A DNA stretch of 35,584 bases from Nitrospirota bacterium (GTDB lineage Bacteria; Nitrospirota; Thermodesulfovibrionia; Thermodesulfovibrionales; SM23-35), in assembly GCA_016212245.1 (NCBI GenBank), contig JACRGU010000127.1, positions 1 to 35,584 on the forward strand, written 5' to 3'. How positions within the stretch are numbered: the first letter of the stretch is position 1; every line of letters starts with the position of its first letter. A model generated the notes under the pieces. That model did not search any database and was not told where the DNA came from. It saw only the letters and a program-made list of their open reading frames with translations. This document shows positions 33,834 to 35,584 of this stretch, piece after piece. The position numbers were made by a program, and so were the translations under genes.

Positions 33834-34619
33834 TCATTCCCTCCTCAGTCGCTCACACTTATCGCACATATCTGTGTGCATAAGGACGTCTACGTTTTTA
33901 CCGTAGAGACCTGTTAATACTCCTTCATTTAGAGCACCAAGCGGATTCCCATGGTAGTGAAATGTGTGATTCAGACATGCTATTTCATCCACATAGGTTG
34001 TTATAGCTCCAATATCATGCGAAGCCATTAGGACAGTAAGATTAAATCTCTTCTGTAGGCCTTTCAGAAGGTGGTAGAAATCTTCCTGTCCGACCACATC
34101 AATACCTGTACTGGGCTCATCGAGTATTAAAATCCTCGGTTCTGCGGCAAGTGCCCTGGCAATTGAAACCCTCTGCTGCTGTCCTCCCGAGAGTTGACCG
34201 TAAGGCACATCTTTAAGATCCGCCATCCCCATCATGGAAAGACATTCTACTGTTTTCTCTATGTCCTTTCCACGTGGCCATCTCAGCATGCCGACCTTCC
34301 CATACCTTCCCATCATAACCACATCTATTACCCTGACAGGAAAATTTGGCTCGATCTTTAAGGTTTGTGGTAGATAACCGAATATACCGCCAGTTCTTAA
34401 AATATCTTCAGGGGGTTTTCCAAAGATACTTACTTCTCCTGACGAAGGCTTTATGAGTCCGAGTATTACCCTCAGAAGTGTTGTTTTGCCACCTCCGTTC
34501 GGGCCTACAATACCTAAAAACTTTCCTTCATCCATGGAAAGGCTTATGTCTTTCAAGATATCTCTGCCGCTGAGGGCCACACTTAAGTTATTAATTTCGA
34601 TTGCCTTCATATCATGCAA
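33834..34619 (-). CDS. znuC: Metal (Zn/Mn) ABC transporter ATP-binding protein
   Basis: Walker A GPNGGGKTT, signature LSGGQQQRV, Walker B ILILDEP and H-loop SHD are present. The C-terminal tail contains CDKC. Confidence 0.85.
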   Translation of the reverse strand: MHDMKAIEINNLSVALSGRDILKDISLSMDEGKFLGIVGPNGGGKTTLLRVILGLIKPSSGEVSIFGKPPEDILRTGGIFGYLPQTLKIEPNFPVRVIDVVMMGRYGKVGMLRWPRGKDIEKTVECLSMMGMADLKDVPYGQLSGGQQQRVSIARALAAEPRILILDEPSTGIDVVGQEDFYHLLKGLQKRFNLTVLMASHDIGAITTYVDEIACLNHTFHYHGNPLGALNEGVLTGLYGKNVDVLMHTDMCDKCERLRRE

Positions 34620-34693
34620 AACAATTAAAAATTACTAATAAGTTCATAAGTAAGATGTCATCCCGTCATCTCTTTTTACTCTTAACTTTTAAC

Positions 34694-35584
34694 CTATTTC
34701 ATCACATTTTCCATAACTGAAATATTATATCTCATCATTTCTATGTACGTCTCTCTACCTTTCTGTCCGCCGATAGGGTCGAGGTATAAGACCTTTGCGC
34801 TGCTTTCCCTTGCTACAGCCTCAGCAATCTTAGGATTAAATTGAGGCTCGGCAAAGATAACCCTGTTTCCGATGCGATTGACTTCTTGAATAATCCTTGC
34901 AATATGTTTCGGACTCGGCTCTTTGCCTGGTGCTTCCTCAATAACACCAGCAACCTTGAGTCCGTATCTCTTTGAAAAATAATTCCATGCTGAATGAAAT
35001 GTAACATATTCTTTTATTGTAAAAGTCTTAACTTTTTCGGAGATCTCCTTATCGAGGTGTAGAAGCTTTTCTCTATATATAGATGCATTTTTTTTATAAA
35101 CCCCGGCATTGCTTGGGTCAGCCTCGATAAGTGTCTTTTCTATCTTTGTAACTATATCCCTTGCAATCAGAGGGTCAAGCCAAATGTGAGGATCGGCATA
35201 TGAGTCAAGTGATGAGTGTTGAGTGATGAGTGTTGAGTGATGAGAATGAACATCTCTTATCAATTGTATCCCAAATGATGAATCAACAACGATGAGCCTT
35301 TTACTTCCTGATGCCTTTATCATCTTTTCTGCCCAGAATTCAAGCCCAGCACCTATCTTAACGAATACCCTCGCCTCAGATAATTCTTTCATAACCTTAG
35401 GCGTTGGTTCATATGTATGCGGGCTTGCACCAGGAGGCAGGAGCAATTTTACATCAACACGCTCTTCTCCCACCTGTCTTACAAAGTCATATAAGGGGTA
35501 AATACTGACGATTACCTTCAGTTTCTGCCCTCCATAGAGTGAAGTAAAAAGTAAAAAGTGAAAGATGAAAAGTAAGATTATTGA
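34694..35584 (-). CDS. znuA: Metal (Zn/Mn) ABC transporter substrate-binding protein, TroA/ZnuA family; start codon lies beyond the window end
   Basis: The frame stays open upstream of the GTG at 35473 to the window edge (SIILLFIFHFLLFTSLYGGQKLKVIVSIYPLYDFVRQVGEERV...). That stretch is a signal peptide plus the conserved N-terminal strand. The PPGASPHTYEP and DPHIWLDP metal-ligand motifs are present, with a His-containing loop between them. Confidence 0.85.
   Translation of the reverse strand, partial: SIILLFIFHFLLFTSLYGGQKLKVIVSIYPLYDFVRQVGEERVDVKLLLPPGASPHTYEPTPKVMKELSEARVFVKIGAGLEFWAEKMIKASGSKRLIVVDSSFGIQLIRDVHSHHSTLITQHSSLDSYADPHIWLDPLIARDIVTKIEKTLIEADPSNAGVYKKNASIYREKLLHLDKEISEKVKTFTIKEYVTFHSAWNYFSKRYGLKVAGVIEEAPGKEPSPKHIARIIQEVNRIGNRVIFAEPQFNPKIAEAVARESSAKVLYLDPIGGQKGRETYIEMMRYNISVMENVMK

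Overview
This is a 35.6-kb chromosomal window from a diderm bacterium (lpxC, gmhA and outer-membrane barrel genes are present). Most of it is housekeeping. It starts with the conserved thrS(partial)-infC-rpmI-rplT-pheS-pheT block. A minus-strand run follows: DtxR-family regulator, rnhB, rplS, trmD, ruvC, gmhA, a lipoprotein, argH, pcm, a FAD protein and surE. After that come purM, an M23 peptidase/beta-propeller/bactofilin trio, lpxC, tldD, mtnP and a sigma54 response regulator. The window ends with a tRNA cluster containing tadA and a znuACB-like metal ABC importer that runs off the 3' edge.

Three things stand out.
1. A 96-nt tRNA at 32509-32604 (-) is not in the ORF track. It folds like a bacterial selenocysteine tRNA: 8-bp acceptor stem, 5-bp T stem, D arm with a 4-nt loop, and a long variable arm. 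Its identity elements are those of cysteine (anticodon GCA, discriminator U73).
2. An accessory-looking + strand cluster spans 5854-12601. It encodes a decahaem lipoprotein cytochrome c and an MtrB/PioB-like outer-membrane barrel split by a 1-nt frameshift. Downstream are two periplasmic binding-protein-like genes and a histidine kinase whose periplasmic domain carries a CxxCH haem-c motif. This reads as a porin-cytochrome electron conduit with its own sensor.
3. The window is saturated with period-7 (heptamer) repeat arrays and small palindromic hairpin (MITE/REP-like) modules. They fill the intergenic spaces. They also sit in frame inside pheT, ruvC (twice), the rplT 3' end, the ZnuA metal-binding loop and three signal peptides.

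Smaller points: a non-canonical ATA start for infC, tRNA-Arg(ACG) next to its editing enzyme TadA, and an unannotated 23-aa Lys/Ala-rich ORF with its own SD and terminator. No rRNA, CRISPR array, transposase or integrase was seen. All calls come from reading the sequence and from remembered family motifs. No searches were run.
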